Notes under the pieces: model-generated | What the model was told of the DNA's origin: nothing | Database searches by the model: none | What the model saw: only the letters and a program-made list of their open reading frames with translations | Shown here: piece by piece, positions 25,462-39,445 of the stretch | How positions within the stretch are numbered: position 1 is the first letter of the stretch | Layout of the letters: every line of letters starts with the position of its first letter | Translations under genes and position numbers: made by a program | Source of the DNA: Bugula neritina | Taxonomy: Eukaryota; Animalia; Bryozoa | Length of the DNA: 51,517 nt | Direction of reading: 5' to 3' | Assembly: GCA_964035545.1 (NCBI GenBank) | Contig: CAXIUT010000036.1 | Location: 24,287-75,803, forward strand

Positions 25462-26745
25462 ATGAATACAGATGATAGTATCACCATTAAACTCAAATAG
25501 TTATAAGTAAGGTTACAAAAGTGTTGTAATAAGTCTAATAACAGTCCTCATCTCCAAACAACTCATAAAAAAGGTACTTATACATCGGCTGGTTAACATC
25601 ATATTGTGTAAAATACTGAAATTGGATAAATCATATAAGAAATCAATCACAAAATAAGTTAGAATAGCAAGTGCTAAAGTCAATTTGAAGAAATAAAGAG
25701 ATAAATTGACAAGTTGTACAAGAAGATGTCATAAGTATATGAGGAATTGTCAAGGAAATAAAAGTTGATAGTCGAATATTCCTCAAAAATAGAACAACTC
25801 AATAAGAAAGTAGCCGAACTATAGAAGTCAAACAGATAAAAAGGAAGATAGCTTCAAAGATTACAACAATAAAAAGAAAGTAATGTCGGTTCAAAAAACA
25901 ATCTTTCCCATAAATTATCATAAATTATAGCTAAACTTCAATAGTTGTAAGTCTACAGACGTGGAATGCCAGATTTGTTGAAGTTGTAGCTATCAAAACT
26001 ATCAAAAAATTGGAAGGAATCGTTTACTAGCCTATCAAAAGTCATAAGCAATAAGTAAGCAACTCACAAAGAACAAATCCAAGCGTTTGAACTAAGACAG
26101 AAGAAGATGCAGGACTAGTTGCTTTATCTTTCAAATATGTAGATCAAATAGAAGATTACTTACTAGTAGCAATCAGATTATTTCTCATCGGCTATGACTC
26201 AGTATATCAACTACGGATCGATATTTGCTAGTTCTGAAATCATTGCGTAACTTGGTCATAAATAGTGGTTGTCAAAACATCTGAGGTTGTTGTTGGGAGG
26301 GGTGAAGATATCGACGAAATTGCTGTATCGATTCGATGCGTTGAATCCGACCAATTTCCATAAGTATATCGATGGCAGGTAGAATATATTTGTGTTGGTT
26401 AGATTGATAAATGGGTATGTTATTGGTGGGTATTGTCATACTCCGATATAAAAAAATCGTATGGACCGGCATAAGAAGGGCTTTCTCTTTTCTTTGACTC
26501 AGATGCATCAGTATTTACCTAAGTAGTAAACTAACCAGCCTTTGGTGACCTATGATGATTTCTTTTTGATTATGGGCAATTCTTAGTTGCGGATAAAGAG
26601 TCAGGAGAAGAAGGTGTATAGTAATTTCGGGGTAAATAGTGGAACATTTAATTCTAGAGGCGAGAAGACTATGTAGTTTTTGGGTACCAAGAATAGTTAA
26701 ATTGAGTTATTGAGTTATTAGATCTTTTAGATATGTGTTAAATGA
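25462..26745 (+). CDS. Coiled-coil + divergent TLDc protein, 427 aa (not part of the repeated family)
   Basis: Intronless 1284-nt ORF: SSEII...KLLYRFD...NFHKYIDG...NGYVIGGY...GFLFSL...MGNSELRI...SYEIFEI. Confidence 0.85.
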
Positions 26746-27449
26746 TCTGCATTATATCTATTCTTATATTTTTGATTATTTAAGATCAAGTTATATGATT
26801 AGTTGGTTTACTATTTTATATCTGATATGCAATAATTAAGAAAATGATGGCTATGAGAGACATCTGATGGAGGAGGGAATGTTGGCTTGATGGGAATAGA
26901 AAGGTAGTGGATTGAACTCATGGATGGAAGGTTGTTTTTGAAAAATTAGGACTGAAAGAATACTGGTTGTGATATTTATTGTTGATAAATAGAAGTCAAA
27001 CAGTGTTGTTTTCAACTGTAAAGTGAGAATAATCAAGTTAAGACAAGCGGTTTGCATATCCTTTGTTATAGTAGTAAAAATAAGCAAAAAACGATCAAGA
27101 AACTAACCTGATAAATCAGTAATTTTAGCAAACTGATAACTCCAATCATCTATAATACAACAAAAAACCATAAAAAACTGAAAGATCTACCCAACAGTAG
27201 AGATCCAACTAGAATCCTATCAATTTATTATTCAGCATGGACCTCTAGACAATCCCAATTGAATAAAAATATTAGCTATTCCCATTGATAAACAAATCAC
27301 TATTCATGAGAAATAAGTGATATTGATGATAGATATATCATTTTTTGTAGTTTTATGTATGAAGTATTTAGTTTGTTCTCTAAAACCCCTTTTATATGAC
27401 CATAAATTACACAATAAAATCTAGCCATTGATTATATTTACATTTTCTG

Positions 27450-29312
27450 ATGCCTACTTGCTTTAGTTTCTTCAACAAACTCTTCAGAGCAGTTGATCTC
27501 TTCCCCAGTAGTAAATTTCTACGCTATAACAAAGACGTAGAATATACTACATCGACTGGTGGTATTATATCCATCGCTGTCATCATTGTCTTTGTAACTC
27601 TATTTGCTAGTATGGGACTAAGGACACTAAGAAAAGAAATCATCACTTCCCATTCATAAATCTAAAGCTAAATTACTCCATCACCTCTTAAATTTGCTAC
27701 AAGTCCATAAGGTAAATTTTTATTTTCTGTTGTTATTTTCGGGTTCAATTTGAATTCCGTTCCAAGACTGTTTGATATTACCCTAGCTCAAGAGTCTAGA
27801 ACAACTGGCTATATTCTACAAAATACGACTAATGTTCCTTTGGTTGCATGTACGAGGTAGCATTTATCTTTCAGTGATGAAGTATTATCAACATTTGAAA
27901 AGTTACAGTATGATCAGAGACTATGTCCTCCTTTGGGTTACGATTTCAACATTAGAGGTAAGCCAACATCTGATCTCTTCTAGCAGTTGAGAATATCAAT
28001 CAAAAGATGTGATCCCAGTGCAGATCCGACTTGTATTGATGATGTTTCTTTTGCTGCGATTGAGCAAGGTGCAGGTTTCTTTCAGTTGGTCGTACCCTAT
28101 GTGCATTCAATAGTCAATCCTGGAAGTGAGGATTATGTTGACTTCAGTCTAGAGGATAGAAATTTGATACCTTTTACTTCTAAATTAGGTATTGTTGCTG
28201 CAGCTGATATCCAATAAGACACCATCAAGACAGATATAAGTATACTACCTTTTGCTGAATAAAAATAAGAAAAAGTTATCAGGATTCCTCAACTATTCGA
28301 TTCCTTTACATTCCACCCATCAACAGTTAATAATTCTTTCACTAGTGCTGGTCATCTAGCATAGATATTTTTGAGAAAATCACCTCATAAAGTGACCTTT
28401 TCACGTAGTTTTAACAAAGTAGATCTATATTTGTCATATGTTGGTGGACTAATTGGTACAATAATTGGTATTATATTTATATTGAGTTTTTATACAGAAA
28501 AAGCCTATGAAATCAGTCTAGCTAGAAAGGTATTATTGGATAATCAGAATAAGTAGATACAATCATCTACCTTCAATATTGGTTATTATTTCTTGATGGT
28601 GATAAAAAAAGGATTGGGCTATCTAAATTTCAAACCGTAGTGGTAAAAAACACAATACTTTATTGATTGCAGTGAATAGATGATGATGCAAATTGATGTG
28701 TCATATTTGGTGAGGAAGTTATTGTTCTTAGATACGGCGTTATGCAAAGTGATGGAGAAACATTAGATATAAGCACTGTGTATGAGAGATAAGCCAACGT
28801 TGTAGAAAGTGAGAAAGTCTCGGAAGATGCATTTTGCGCCTTAGATTATAAAATAGCAGAATAAAAATCAGGAAGAGGAGGTGGTTAATGAGCATTCTAT
28901 ATCTAAACAGGAAATAGTGTACCAGGAGATTGACAGTTAGTCGAAGCGGCATAAGAACTAGAAGTCAGAGTAGGATGTTAGTGCGTTGTCGTTTAGTTAG
29001 GATAGTAACAGTGATATGGATTATATAAAGGCGTCGGTGATAAGGATATCGAAGTAGAGTAAGGAGGAGGATAAACAGAGGAGTCAGCAGATTATGGAGG
29101 AGATACCGAAGAGAGTGTTGAAGCAGGTTGGTTTGCAGGATGAGAGTAATGAAAATAACGATTTTAATACGTTTGAGGTGGAGGATTTGTAGGAAGCAGA
29201 GGAAGAGCGGAAGAAATAGAGGATCAATCGGAAAGAGAGAAGGTAGAATTAGAGTATCAGGTAGAGTTTGAGAGAAAGTCCGAGGTTTAGAACGAAGAGA
29301 AGTAAGAAGTGA
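27450..29312 (+). CDS. Ciliate-type two-transmembrane protein with large Cys-containing loop, 620 aa
   Basis: One frame joins track fragments 27450, 27987 and 28371. TM1 is GGIISIAVIIVFVTLF, TM2 is LYLSYVGGLIGTIIGIIFIL, followed by QIDVSYLVRKLLFLD and an acidic/basic tail. Function unknown. Confidence 0.8.
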
Positions 29313-29494
29313 TTTTCATTATGACAATATGTCCAAAATGACTAGAATGACTATTAAATATTTATGAACTAACCATCATAATATCATTATCATCATGACC
29401 TATTTAATATTTCCCATCTATTTACTTGACTTATATATATTGAGATGATCTAATACAAAATTCAACTGATCGAATATAAATATAACTTATCAAG

Positions 29495-32400
29495 ATGCCA
29501 CCTAAAAAGAAAGAGTAAGAGATAGATATATCGACACTGCCTGAATGTTTATCTCTCAACTTGACTTTTCTGTGCAAAGGTCGTAAATCAAGAGCAACTG
29601 CTATCAATGATCGGATCAGACAGTAGGCATAAAAATATTTATTCAAAGTAACTAGAGGAGAGGTACTAGATCATGCCAAATAAAAAAACATCTATGTTGA
29701 TCCTAATACTTTGAACTAAAAACAAAAAAAAGATGCAAAATTTATGTAATCTATAAATACTGAATTATCTGCATCTGTGGTAGCAAAAGCAACTCAATCC
29801 TATATTGCTTCTTTGGTTATTAAATCGAGAATGGTATTTGATGTTATTATAGATAGTAAAAGAAAAACAATCCTGAGATGTTTGCTAATGAAAAAAGAAA
29901 ATATGATATCTTGTATAATTTTTAAGAATTTCCAGAAACAAAAGTAATCTCTTTGATATTTTTAGGAATAATACTAAGAGTTGGCTAAAATAAATGAAGG
30001 CATGAAGTATTTGATTGTTATTGATCCTAAAATATCTTGGAATAATGCTCCTTAGTTACCCTAATAAGATAAAAATAATGAAGATGATGTTGAAGAAGAG
30101 GATGATTAGGTGAAAGAGTATCGTGTTTTACTTAAGAAATAATAGAAGACCTAATAAGACAGATAATACTAAAAAGCAATAGATAGCAAAATATAATAAA
30201 TAAAGAGATATAGAAGTGAAGTATAATCAGGTTCATAATTTCGTAATAGTACAATATCAATTCTATAATCATAGATTGATCCTTATAATGAAGAAAGTAG
30301 TATAGCATAATTAGTAAAATCATTTTTTGATAGCATAATTTCACTTGAATCAGATTATAATGAGTATCAGGAATGGAAGAAGTCAAAGAAAGCTGATCCT
30401 ATTCCAGACATATCATAATAAAAAATATAAAAGATAGAAACAAAAGGTAGTATTATATAGATGTTGGATAAAATAGCTAAAAATACTCTAGATTAAAAAT
30501 AAAACAAAAATGATTAAGTTGATGATTAACAATATGCCTTACAATTGATCGATAACTTTTAGCCCAATAAATTTTGTAGCTAAAAATAGTAACACCATGG
30601 ATAGTAGAAATAGAAGTAGATTAAATTTATTGGCGGTAATTAATAGAACGAGCCATCTGATTTAAAAAACTAACTTAGAAATAAATTGAAATATCCTGGG
30701 ATTAATCGATATCAGATGCCAGATATTCCATTGAAGAGTGAAGGTATCAGGAGGCTATAGCAATCATATTACAATTTATTTATCTAGAAAGATATAAAAT
30801 TAGAGTAATTATTCCGACGTCAAAAAATAACAAATTTCGAATAATATATAAAAGAATTTGACTAATAAAGAAACTATTCATTTGCCAACAGAATATACTA
30901 ATAAAGACATAGTTAGTAATCGCTAAGAAGGTAGTTAAATAGAGCAACTGAAATTGGATAGCTAACATCTTACACAAAATATGATTAGAATACAGATCAG
31001 CTATATTTGATGATGTTGTATCGTAACAATCAGAGAAGGGTTGGTAAGAAAGTATGGGAGAATAGTTGGAAAGTAATACCTAATTATTAGAATTGGCTGA
31101 AATATTTTAAAAATAATTAGAATAATCTCAATAACAATTAGTACTATGATATTGACTATTAAAAAATAGGTAATATAGAATAATCTATAAGAAACCATAC
31201 TGTTAAAAATTTATAAAATACTGTAATAATAAATCGCTAGTCAATTGTCGGCAACAATCGTCATAAAATGCTATATTCTATCAAGAATGATATGGTTATT
31301 GGAGTGAACTAGAATAGATTTTACGGATTTGATAAAAACATAAAGATTTACTATTAAAAAATCAATTAAAAATAATATGAGTTTATTATTATGCTGGAAA
31401 ATGGCAATATCAGAATATCATCTTTGGGACATGTTTTATTATAATTCGATCAATAAAAAAGAATTATTACTCCTGAGGGATATACTATCATATATTAAAA
31501 TAATAGTAGTTTGATTTTGCATCCCAATGGCGGCATCAGTTATTCCAGTTAGAAATATATTAATGAACGTGGGTATGGTCTAGATGACGGTAAATTAACA
31601 AGACAGCTAGCTCTATAGAAAAGAGCTGATAACGCAACGATACTAAAACGTGAAGATGGCACAACAATAATCAACAAATAAAATATTCCATCGAAATGGA
31701 TTAAATTTTACTAAGGCACATAATACTAATTGAAATAATCTAAGATAAATATCTAAAAAAAAGAATTACCTTTCATCACCTGCAAAAACGGATAAATCTA
31801 ATTAAAAGCTGAATGTTTCATGATAAAAATCAGTCCAAACGGATAAACCTATAAAACATAGATATAATTTACAGATGGTTCGTTGTTGTAAAGTGATAAT
31901 CATGTCGTTTATGTCGGTTAGAAAAATATCCAATAAAAATTAAAAGTTGATATTCTTAGTGGATCTATTAGCAGTCGATGTTAGTAGTAATAAATATTAG
32001 TAGGATTTGATCGAAGTGAGTATAGATGCAATGGCAAGATATATGACACGAAATAAGAGTAATAAAATTATGGATAGTAATAAACAATACCCAAAGATTA
32101 CATTGAACCTAGATTGTTTATTATCAATAATGATAATACAGGTATAGAATTATTAACTAAAAAAATGGTAGATAATTATCTTCAGAGAAATTCATCTGAA
32201 ATTGATAACACGTACTAGCAATCTAGAGGAGAATCGGTGTAATATCATATCATGCGTAAGATGAATAAATAATAGCATAGACATATTGTCAATGATTTGA
32301 TAGTTAAATTGGACGTATTTGATAACAGTTAATAAAAATAATAAAAATAGTAAAATAAATGTATATCTATTCGCACCTTGATAAAATATCCATAATTATC

Positions 32401-33866
32401 GTCAGATGATATAGCAGCGATCAATAAAATGAAGAATGATATCTAGGTGTATAAAAAAAATAATCAGAAAGAATAAAATTAATATGGGTATCGGCAGAAA
32501 GATTCAGATGTTTTGAAGAAGAAAATAGAGGGGAAATTAATGACTATTTATGCTAGAAAAAAATAGGAATAAAAAATAGATACATAGAAATTAAAAAATA
32601 TAGGAAAATAGTATTTCTTAGATAGTTTGAATAGTATTCGCAAGTAGAGATAAGATGGAAGAAAATAGGCTCAAATTAGAAGTCAATATTTAAAGAAAAG
32701 AGGCACAATTATTCAGCATTATAAACCAATACATTTTAGTCCAAAAAAATTATCAAAAATATAAGACCCATAGTAACCGACTAACTTCCTCGATAACTAT
32801 TTTTTAACAACTTAAGGGAAGACAGCTTTATTGTAGATGCCGGATTGGGTATTCCGTCCAAAATAAATAAAATAGCCAGTATAGCTAGACCCATAGATAA
32901 GAAACGAACTAAATAATACAAATTTTAACAAATAGTAATAAGTTTAATAAGAGCAAAGATAGAGATATGATACAGTTGAAGTAGATCTTGATCCTAGGGG
33001 TTAGAAATAAATATTTATCAAACCAAGTGTATTCACTCAGCGTTAAATTGATTAATAGCGTTCAGCATTTTAAGGGTAGAAGAAGGCATACAAATATCAT
33101 TAAATAAAACGTAAAGATTTTAATGTTTACGGGCAAGAAAGAAAAAGCAAACCCAATGTTAACAGTTTGCATAGGACACAACCGATCAGTGAAATAAATC
33201 AAAAATATTTGGTCACTTAGGCTCCACTAGATAATAAAATAAAAATAGCATCGATGAAAAATAAATTAACTACTAATGCTAGCAATATGAATGAGATGAG
33301 AAAGTAAGGTCCACATTCTTTGCTAATAAAAACTTTAGACAAAGGCAATGATATAAATAGATTACTATAAAAAAGAACAATGATGGTCCAAGCAGATCTG
33401 AATGATAAACTACAAAGAGATATCTTGGTATATTATTTGCTATATAGATCAATCCGACATAAGTCAACTTTGGAGTCCTAGTATAGAAGAAGATGTATGA
33501 GCTGAAGATCGATATAAAGAATGAAGATGTAATATCGCAGAGGATAACCCTCAAAAGACCTAAAAATATGTTCATTAAAGTGAATTTATCATAAATGGGT
33601 CCAGTATAACTATATTTATTTAGATTGCTATGGGAATGAGTCGAAAGATAACAATTAGTATTAAAACTAGCAGTTAGTTATTGGGTAAGTTGAATGATGA
33701 GTTCGATATTGTGACTAAACATGAAATTTATCATATTCCTATTACAGCGAATATTATTTCTTAAAGTCAGGCTAAAAATTAAAGAATTATGATGAATCGT
33801 AGTGTAGTTGAAGTGTAGTAAAATCGGAAGAAGGAAAGTAACGTTGAGTTGCCCAAAATCAAATGA
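29495..33866 (+). CDS. SPAG17/PF6-like ciliary central-pair protein, ~1428 aa; introns 29834-29856, 29944-29965, 33428-33447, 33604-33623
   Basis: Spliced length is divisible by 3 (long central exon spot-checked). Starts MPPKKK, has beta-hairpin-like repeats (ITPEGYT, LHPNGGI, FTDGS) and a C-terminal PapD/ASH-like domain (INPTEVNFG...IKNEDVISQRI...GPIAMGMSRKI...DEFDIVT...IPITANI). Family call is from motif recognition. Confidence 0.65.
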
Positions 33867-34561
33867 TTATTCCAAATATCAGATCATGATTATTAAAGTT
33901 AAGTTGGGTTATTTTCTTATTGAGTTATTGAGTTAAGTTGGGTTATTGTTTTACTGTGTTGTGATGATACTATGTTAATACTATGAAAAATAAACTAAAA
34001 TCATTGTTGTTTTTAATAGCTCTGAAATTGCCAACACGCAAAGAATGCCAAAATTATTTCCAGGATATTTACTATCAATAATATCACGAAGACGATGATC
34101 TCCACCAAGAGCACATAGTATTGCAAAAACAGATAGTAAATAGATAAGACAAGTGCTACTAATGTTGCCAATAGGAACCATGCCATTTTGGTTGAACTTT
34201 CAGTCTAAAATAAATAGTTGGTGTACTTGATTCGCTCCTAAACCATACTTGACTCTCAGTCGATTAAATACTATGAATATGATAAGGATGATTCCTTATT
34301 GGATCGACATCATGGGCGTGAATGGAAGGTTGTAAGTTTTGAATAGTACTAGGATGAAGGTAAATATCGAGAGGAGAAGAGTGTAGTAATGTTCGAAGTT
34401 TAAAATTATGTGTAGGGGAAATGATGACAGGGGTAAGGTGCTTCTCATTTTGAGTGATTTGAATTATTAAATATCTAATAATATTTGAAATATGTCCAAA
34501 CAATATTGAACCATATCTAAGTATAATAATTGAGATCTGGTATTGATATAAAAGGAATCAA

Positions 34562-35694
34562 TCAATTGGGATCAAGTCCATCTTCTAGTCTGAAATTCAT
34601 AACAGACAAATTCATATTTTTTTTAAACCAATATTCTGGTGCCTTGAACACTTGCATCTTCTTGACTTTATAATCGTTCAAATTTTAACTCATTCCACTT
34701 GGTCGATCAACGCATTTAATATTCGGCTAGTTTTATCTCAAAATAAACAAAGGAGAATATACACATGGATTGTTCGATGATATCTGACCGCCCCAAGTCG
34801 ACACCTCGATACGATAGTGATTCGCAACTAATGTACCAATAGCAGTTTGTTTTACTTTCGATGATATCTTTATCGTATGATTCACTTGACCCAGTCCCCC
34901 TTTCTTAACATTAACTGGTTATTTCCATTCGTAAAGAGGTTATCTGAAAGTTCTATGCTGTCCGGCATTCGATGACACAAATATATTTTGAACTACCTCG
35001 ATCAGTAAATGATTGATATCTCCCGTACCCTCACTATTATCGATTCTAGCCAAAAGCGTTATATTCTACCCATCGTAGCTAACATTTCCTAAATAAATAT
35101 GTCAAATACTATCGAATTTAGCATCCAATTTCACCGCGCCTTGCGAGCAACATCCGCAATTCTACGGCTCTTGCCTCGATGTACCTGTATGATAAGATGT
35201 GATACCTTGATATGATACTATTTCTTGTCTGAAGGGCTATCGTATGAATAGAGGGATATACTAGATCTATCTATTTTTTTGTTATTTGTAGTTGACGAAA
35301 TAGGCAGCCAATTTGTATTCTATTTTGACATCGTGGTTGTCTGATTAGTATGATCCTGGTATATTTTATGAAAGTTCAACTGAAAAGGGGTAAGCATATC
35401 TGCCTGCTTACATAGTACCGCCATATTTTTATAATTGATGTTATACTGCATAGAAATTCTACGATCCTGTATGTTTTTGTCTATTTTTTGAACTGCCTTC
35501 AAACCACTGACACCACTCATCACCTTCATATTTTGAGAATTACCTTCTACTCGCAAATATAAAGCATCGAATTGGAAGTTAGTTTTGGCATCAATGAAGA
35601 CAACTCCTTCCACATTGGCACCTGAATCATAGTATTGTTGTTATGTTTCGATATAAATGTTAAGATCAGAATTTCTTGAACTTGAATTTCCCAT
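34562..35694 (-). CDS. Arrestin-domain protein, ~363 aa; introns 35524-35543 and 35089-35109
   Basis: MGNSSS (possible N-myristoylation), YYDSGANVEGVVFI, GRYAYPFSVEL...IPGSYE, CGCCSQGAVKLDAKFD, TAIGTLVANHYRIEV. Spliced ORF is 1092 nt. Confidence 0.85.
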
Positions 35695-35827
35695 TAATAA
35701 TAATAATTGCAGCGCATCAGTTATGGCATAAGAATTAACATAATATCAACTGCTAGTTATTGATCAGTTACTGATTAATATTTACAATAGTATTATACCG
35801 CCTAAGACCTGCTTTATATATTCTATA

Positions 35828-35890
35828 GGGGTTGGGGTTGGGGTTGGGGTTGGGGTTGGGGTTGGGGTTGGGGTTGGGGTTGGGGTTGGG
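35828..35890 (+). repeat. Internal telomeric tract G4T2, 63 nt
   Basis: GGGG(TTGGGG)9TTGGG, same length and phase as 6074-6136. Confidence 0.97.
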
Positions 35891-35957
35891 CACCCTTCTC
35901 CAATATCTACATCTAAATCGTCATATTCTATAAAAATAAAGAAGTCATCTCGAGCAT

Positions 35958-38900
35958 ATGTAAAGAATTATGTCAATGTTAACCCATGAAAACATGTCAA
36001 TACTTTAGAGATAATTCTAGCTATATCCAAAAGGTTTAGAGTTGCCTACTTTTATCTATCTGATGAAACGTTTATATACTCCTTAGAATGAATTAAGTAA
36101 ATATTATTTCGTAAATGATTTGATAAAGTTTTTTCAAGCGATAGATATCAACGGGGATGGACATTTATAATGGTCATAATTTACTTAATATATCATATAG
36201 AATATAAGAAGAATAGATAAACCAAATTACAAGAATAAAGAATTCCAATAAAATGAGATAATATCTTCAGCATATTCTAAAATAAGTAACTAATATAAAA
36301 TAACTAATATAATTGATACTAATACTACTAACTGTATTAAAAAGATCTTGTATATACCTAAATAGCAAAGATATTATTTATTAGAAGCAGGTTCTAATAT
36401 ATTAAGAGTATATTCTTCTAGTTTTATTTTATTAGATTATTTAGAATTGAAAGGATCAACTGTTAATTGTTCAATAATCGATTTTGGATTTGATAAATAG
36501 AGTATAATATTTTGTGGAATATTTGATAATAGTGCAAGATATTGTAATTTGAAATTAATAGGTAATGTTAAAACATGTAATTAATGTTAAATAAAAAAGT
36601 TATCAAATTATCATAAAGTATAATATTTACCTTTACATAAATATTGGGCTTTTTTATCAAAAAATGGATAAATAAAATTAAGTACAGCAATCTATCGTAG
36701 TCGTACTAATTTATAATATAATAATATAATACAATTAAAACAACATGAAACATTAATAACTGATATAGTATAAATATAATAACCATTACATCTAGCAACA
36801 TCATCTATGGATGGTAATGTTAAATTTTATTCAAGTTATTTAAAGAAAAGTCAAACACTTGAACATATAAATGAACAGACTCATTCAGCTATAAATAATA
36901 AACAAAAGAAAGGGATATTAGGTATAGATTATACTAGATAATTTGGTAGTTATTTATTAAGTTATGGATTTAATTCAGCTATTTATATTTATTCTTTATA
37001 GATATCATTAATAAAAGGTTATACAGGTAAATATAAAGAACATAATGGTAATTTATTAGGTGCTAAATTTTTGAGATCATTTCCTTATGTATTATCATTT
37101 GATGATAAACTTAATATGAGAATATGGGATTTTAGATATTTCAATACAATACAAATAATAAATTGTTAAAAACATTTTATAAATCCTTCTTGTTTATAAA
37201 TAATACCATAGTTATCATAATGTTTAATATGTTAAAAAAAAATAACTCAATTTCGTGCTCCTTCATTATAAAAGAAATCAAAATAAATAAATTAATTTCA
37301 TTTTTTATATGATTTTAAAGTATGTTCATCAAATAATACTATATTTCTATTTACATCTAATGATGTTAGAGTATATAATATGATAACAGGTACATTATAA
37401 AAAATATTTACTAAATTAAATTAAAATACTCATAATATTCATTTAACTGCTTGTTAATTTGGTTATAAAAGTAGGAAGTTTTTTATTGGAGATGCTGCTG
37501 GATATGTTAGGTAATATTGTAGTTAAACTGGTTAGTTTTTACAATAAATATAACCAGGATAAAATAATTATTATTAAAATAAAGCTATAATTAAAATAAT
37601 ATTTTTGAAATAACATTCTTTATTAATAATATGTTCATTAGATGGTAGAATATTAATATATTAAAGAGATTCTTAAAGTGAATTTCAACTAATAAGAGAT
37701 ATAAGATAAACTCATTATTAATTAACTACAGCATAAGCATCAGCTAGATATTGTGTATTAGCTACTGGTGGAGAAGATGGTATAATAAATATATGGAATT
37801 TATAGAAGTTATCATTTGATGGTTGTATTGTATTAAGTAGTAAAATAATAAATATATCTTTTAGTCCTATACATCCTATCATGATAATAACATAATAAAA
37901 AGGTATAATTAATTTATTTTATATCAGACCTTATGATAACTTAAATATGAGAAATAAATGTTTTCTTAAAATAAGTAATATTTAGAATAATAATTTATTA
38001 AATATTAAGTCAATTAGATTTTAATTAGTAATAAAAGAATATATAAAAGATAAAGAAATAATAAATAAATAAGATGATTATTATTTGATATGTATAATAG
38101 GTAATTAAGATGGTAAAATAAAAATAATAAATTTGACTTAATTATTATCTAAATATAAAATATAACAAAATCATCAAATATTTTCAATAAAAAAAGCATT
38201 AAAATGTTAAACAAATTCATTTAAAATAGTAATAAATAATTAACGTAAAAAAATATTATAAAAAGGTTATTCAAATAAAAATATATAAAATATAATATTA
38301 TAATAATTTAAATTAAAAAAATAATTTGAAGCACATAAATAATAAATATAACATATAAATTATTTTAAATAACATTCTATTTTAATATCTACATCATCAG
38401 AATAAAAAAAAATTAAAATATGGAATCTCTAAGGTTAATTAAATGGTTGTATTGATTTTTATACATTTAAAAAAATTAGTTGGAAAGTAGGAGAAATAAA
38501 TTTTTATAAAACTTTACAAGCTATTAATACTACTATATATTCTATGAAATTAATATAAAATAAAGAATTATAATTTGGAGAATAATAATTTATACGTGTT
38601 AATTTATTATTAAATTAATATATGGATGTTATCTAAAAATAAGATTATCTTAATTGGATTGGAGTCTTACGTAGAACTAGAAGTCGTCCAAGAATAAGAA
38701 AACCTATAAGTTTAATACAAGAATAAGATTTATTTGATGTTAGAGATTAAGTATAGAAATTAAAAGATGTTAATCAAAAAGGATGTAATAATTAGGATTA
38801 AAATATAATTTAGTTTAATCAAATTTATAATAAATTAGTTAGTAAAATTAAAAATAGAATTGATAAAACTTAATTACCATCAATTAATAAAAAATCATCA

Positions 38901-39167
38901 ATTAATTAAAAATAATAAAAATATAAATAAAAATAAATCAATAATTTAGGTTAGTTTATGGTTGTTTTAAAAAAAACACTTAAAGGTAATCAAGAATAAT
39001 AAAAAAAATATTAAAAATAATTTAGTATCATCATGAATAAAGGTAAATAAAAAAAAAAAACATTGTAAAATGTTATATCAAAGTTTAGGACAAGTTAAAA
39101 AAAATATATAAGTCATGGAAAAAAAAAGTCAAATCAAAATCAAAAAACTTATATCATGAACATTTGA
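35958..39167 (+). CDS. EF-hand + WD40-repeat protein (WDR49/EFCAB8-like), ~1069 aa; 5' end may be truncated
   Basis: Apparently intronless (frame spot-checked): IDINGDGHLEWSEF, LATSSMDGNVKFY, MRIWDF, LATGGEDGIINIWNL, KIKIWNL. The frame stays open upstream to the telomeric tract. Confidence 0.82.
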
Positions 39168-39220
39168 TTGATTATCTCATTATTTTATGAATGTGTAGTC
39201 AGGTTTAGTTTTTTTAGTTG

Positions 39221-39390
39221 TTTTTAGTCATGTTTTATCATGTTTTAATCATGTTTTATCATGTTTTAGTCATGTTTTATCATGTTTTAGTCATGTTTTA
39301 TCATGTTTTAGTCATGTTTTATCATGTTTTATCAAATATTTATTCATAACAATCATAACAATCATAACAATCATAACAATCATAACAATC
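39221..39390. repeat. Intergenic minisatellites: CATGTTTTAT/CATGTTTTAGT units (~39221-39333) and (TCATAACAA)5 (~39344-39390)
   Basis: Directly visible tandem units between two convergent 3' ends. Confidence 0.9.
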
Positions 39391-39445
39391 ACATTCTTTT
39401 TATTATATATAACAAAAATATTAATAACTAAATAATTTTCTAGAA

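Noticed and set aside
26830-27310. Coding-like stretch between two genes
   Set aside because: No consistent frame or convincing intron solution on either strand.
33983-34424. Possible small secreted protein (MKNKLKSLLFLIAL...)
   Set aside because: It needs a frameshift to join the longer downstream frame, and no motif is recognisable.
35179-35215. Possible third, stopless 21-nt intron in the arrestin gene (gtatcacatcttatcatacag)
   Set aside because: The frame is open with or without it; it cannot be decided without transcripts.
6074-35890. Telomere-bearing transposon (TBE/Tel-1 type) bounded by the two internal tracts
   Set aside because: The tracts are direct rather than inverted, with no subterminal repeats or transposase, and the interval contains ordinary cellular genes.
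39221-39390. CRISPR-like array
   Set aside because: Simple 9-11 nt tandem repeats without spacers, in eukaryotic DNA.
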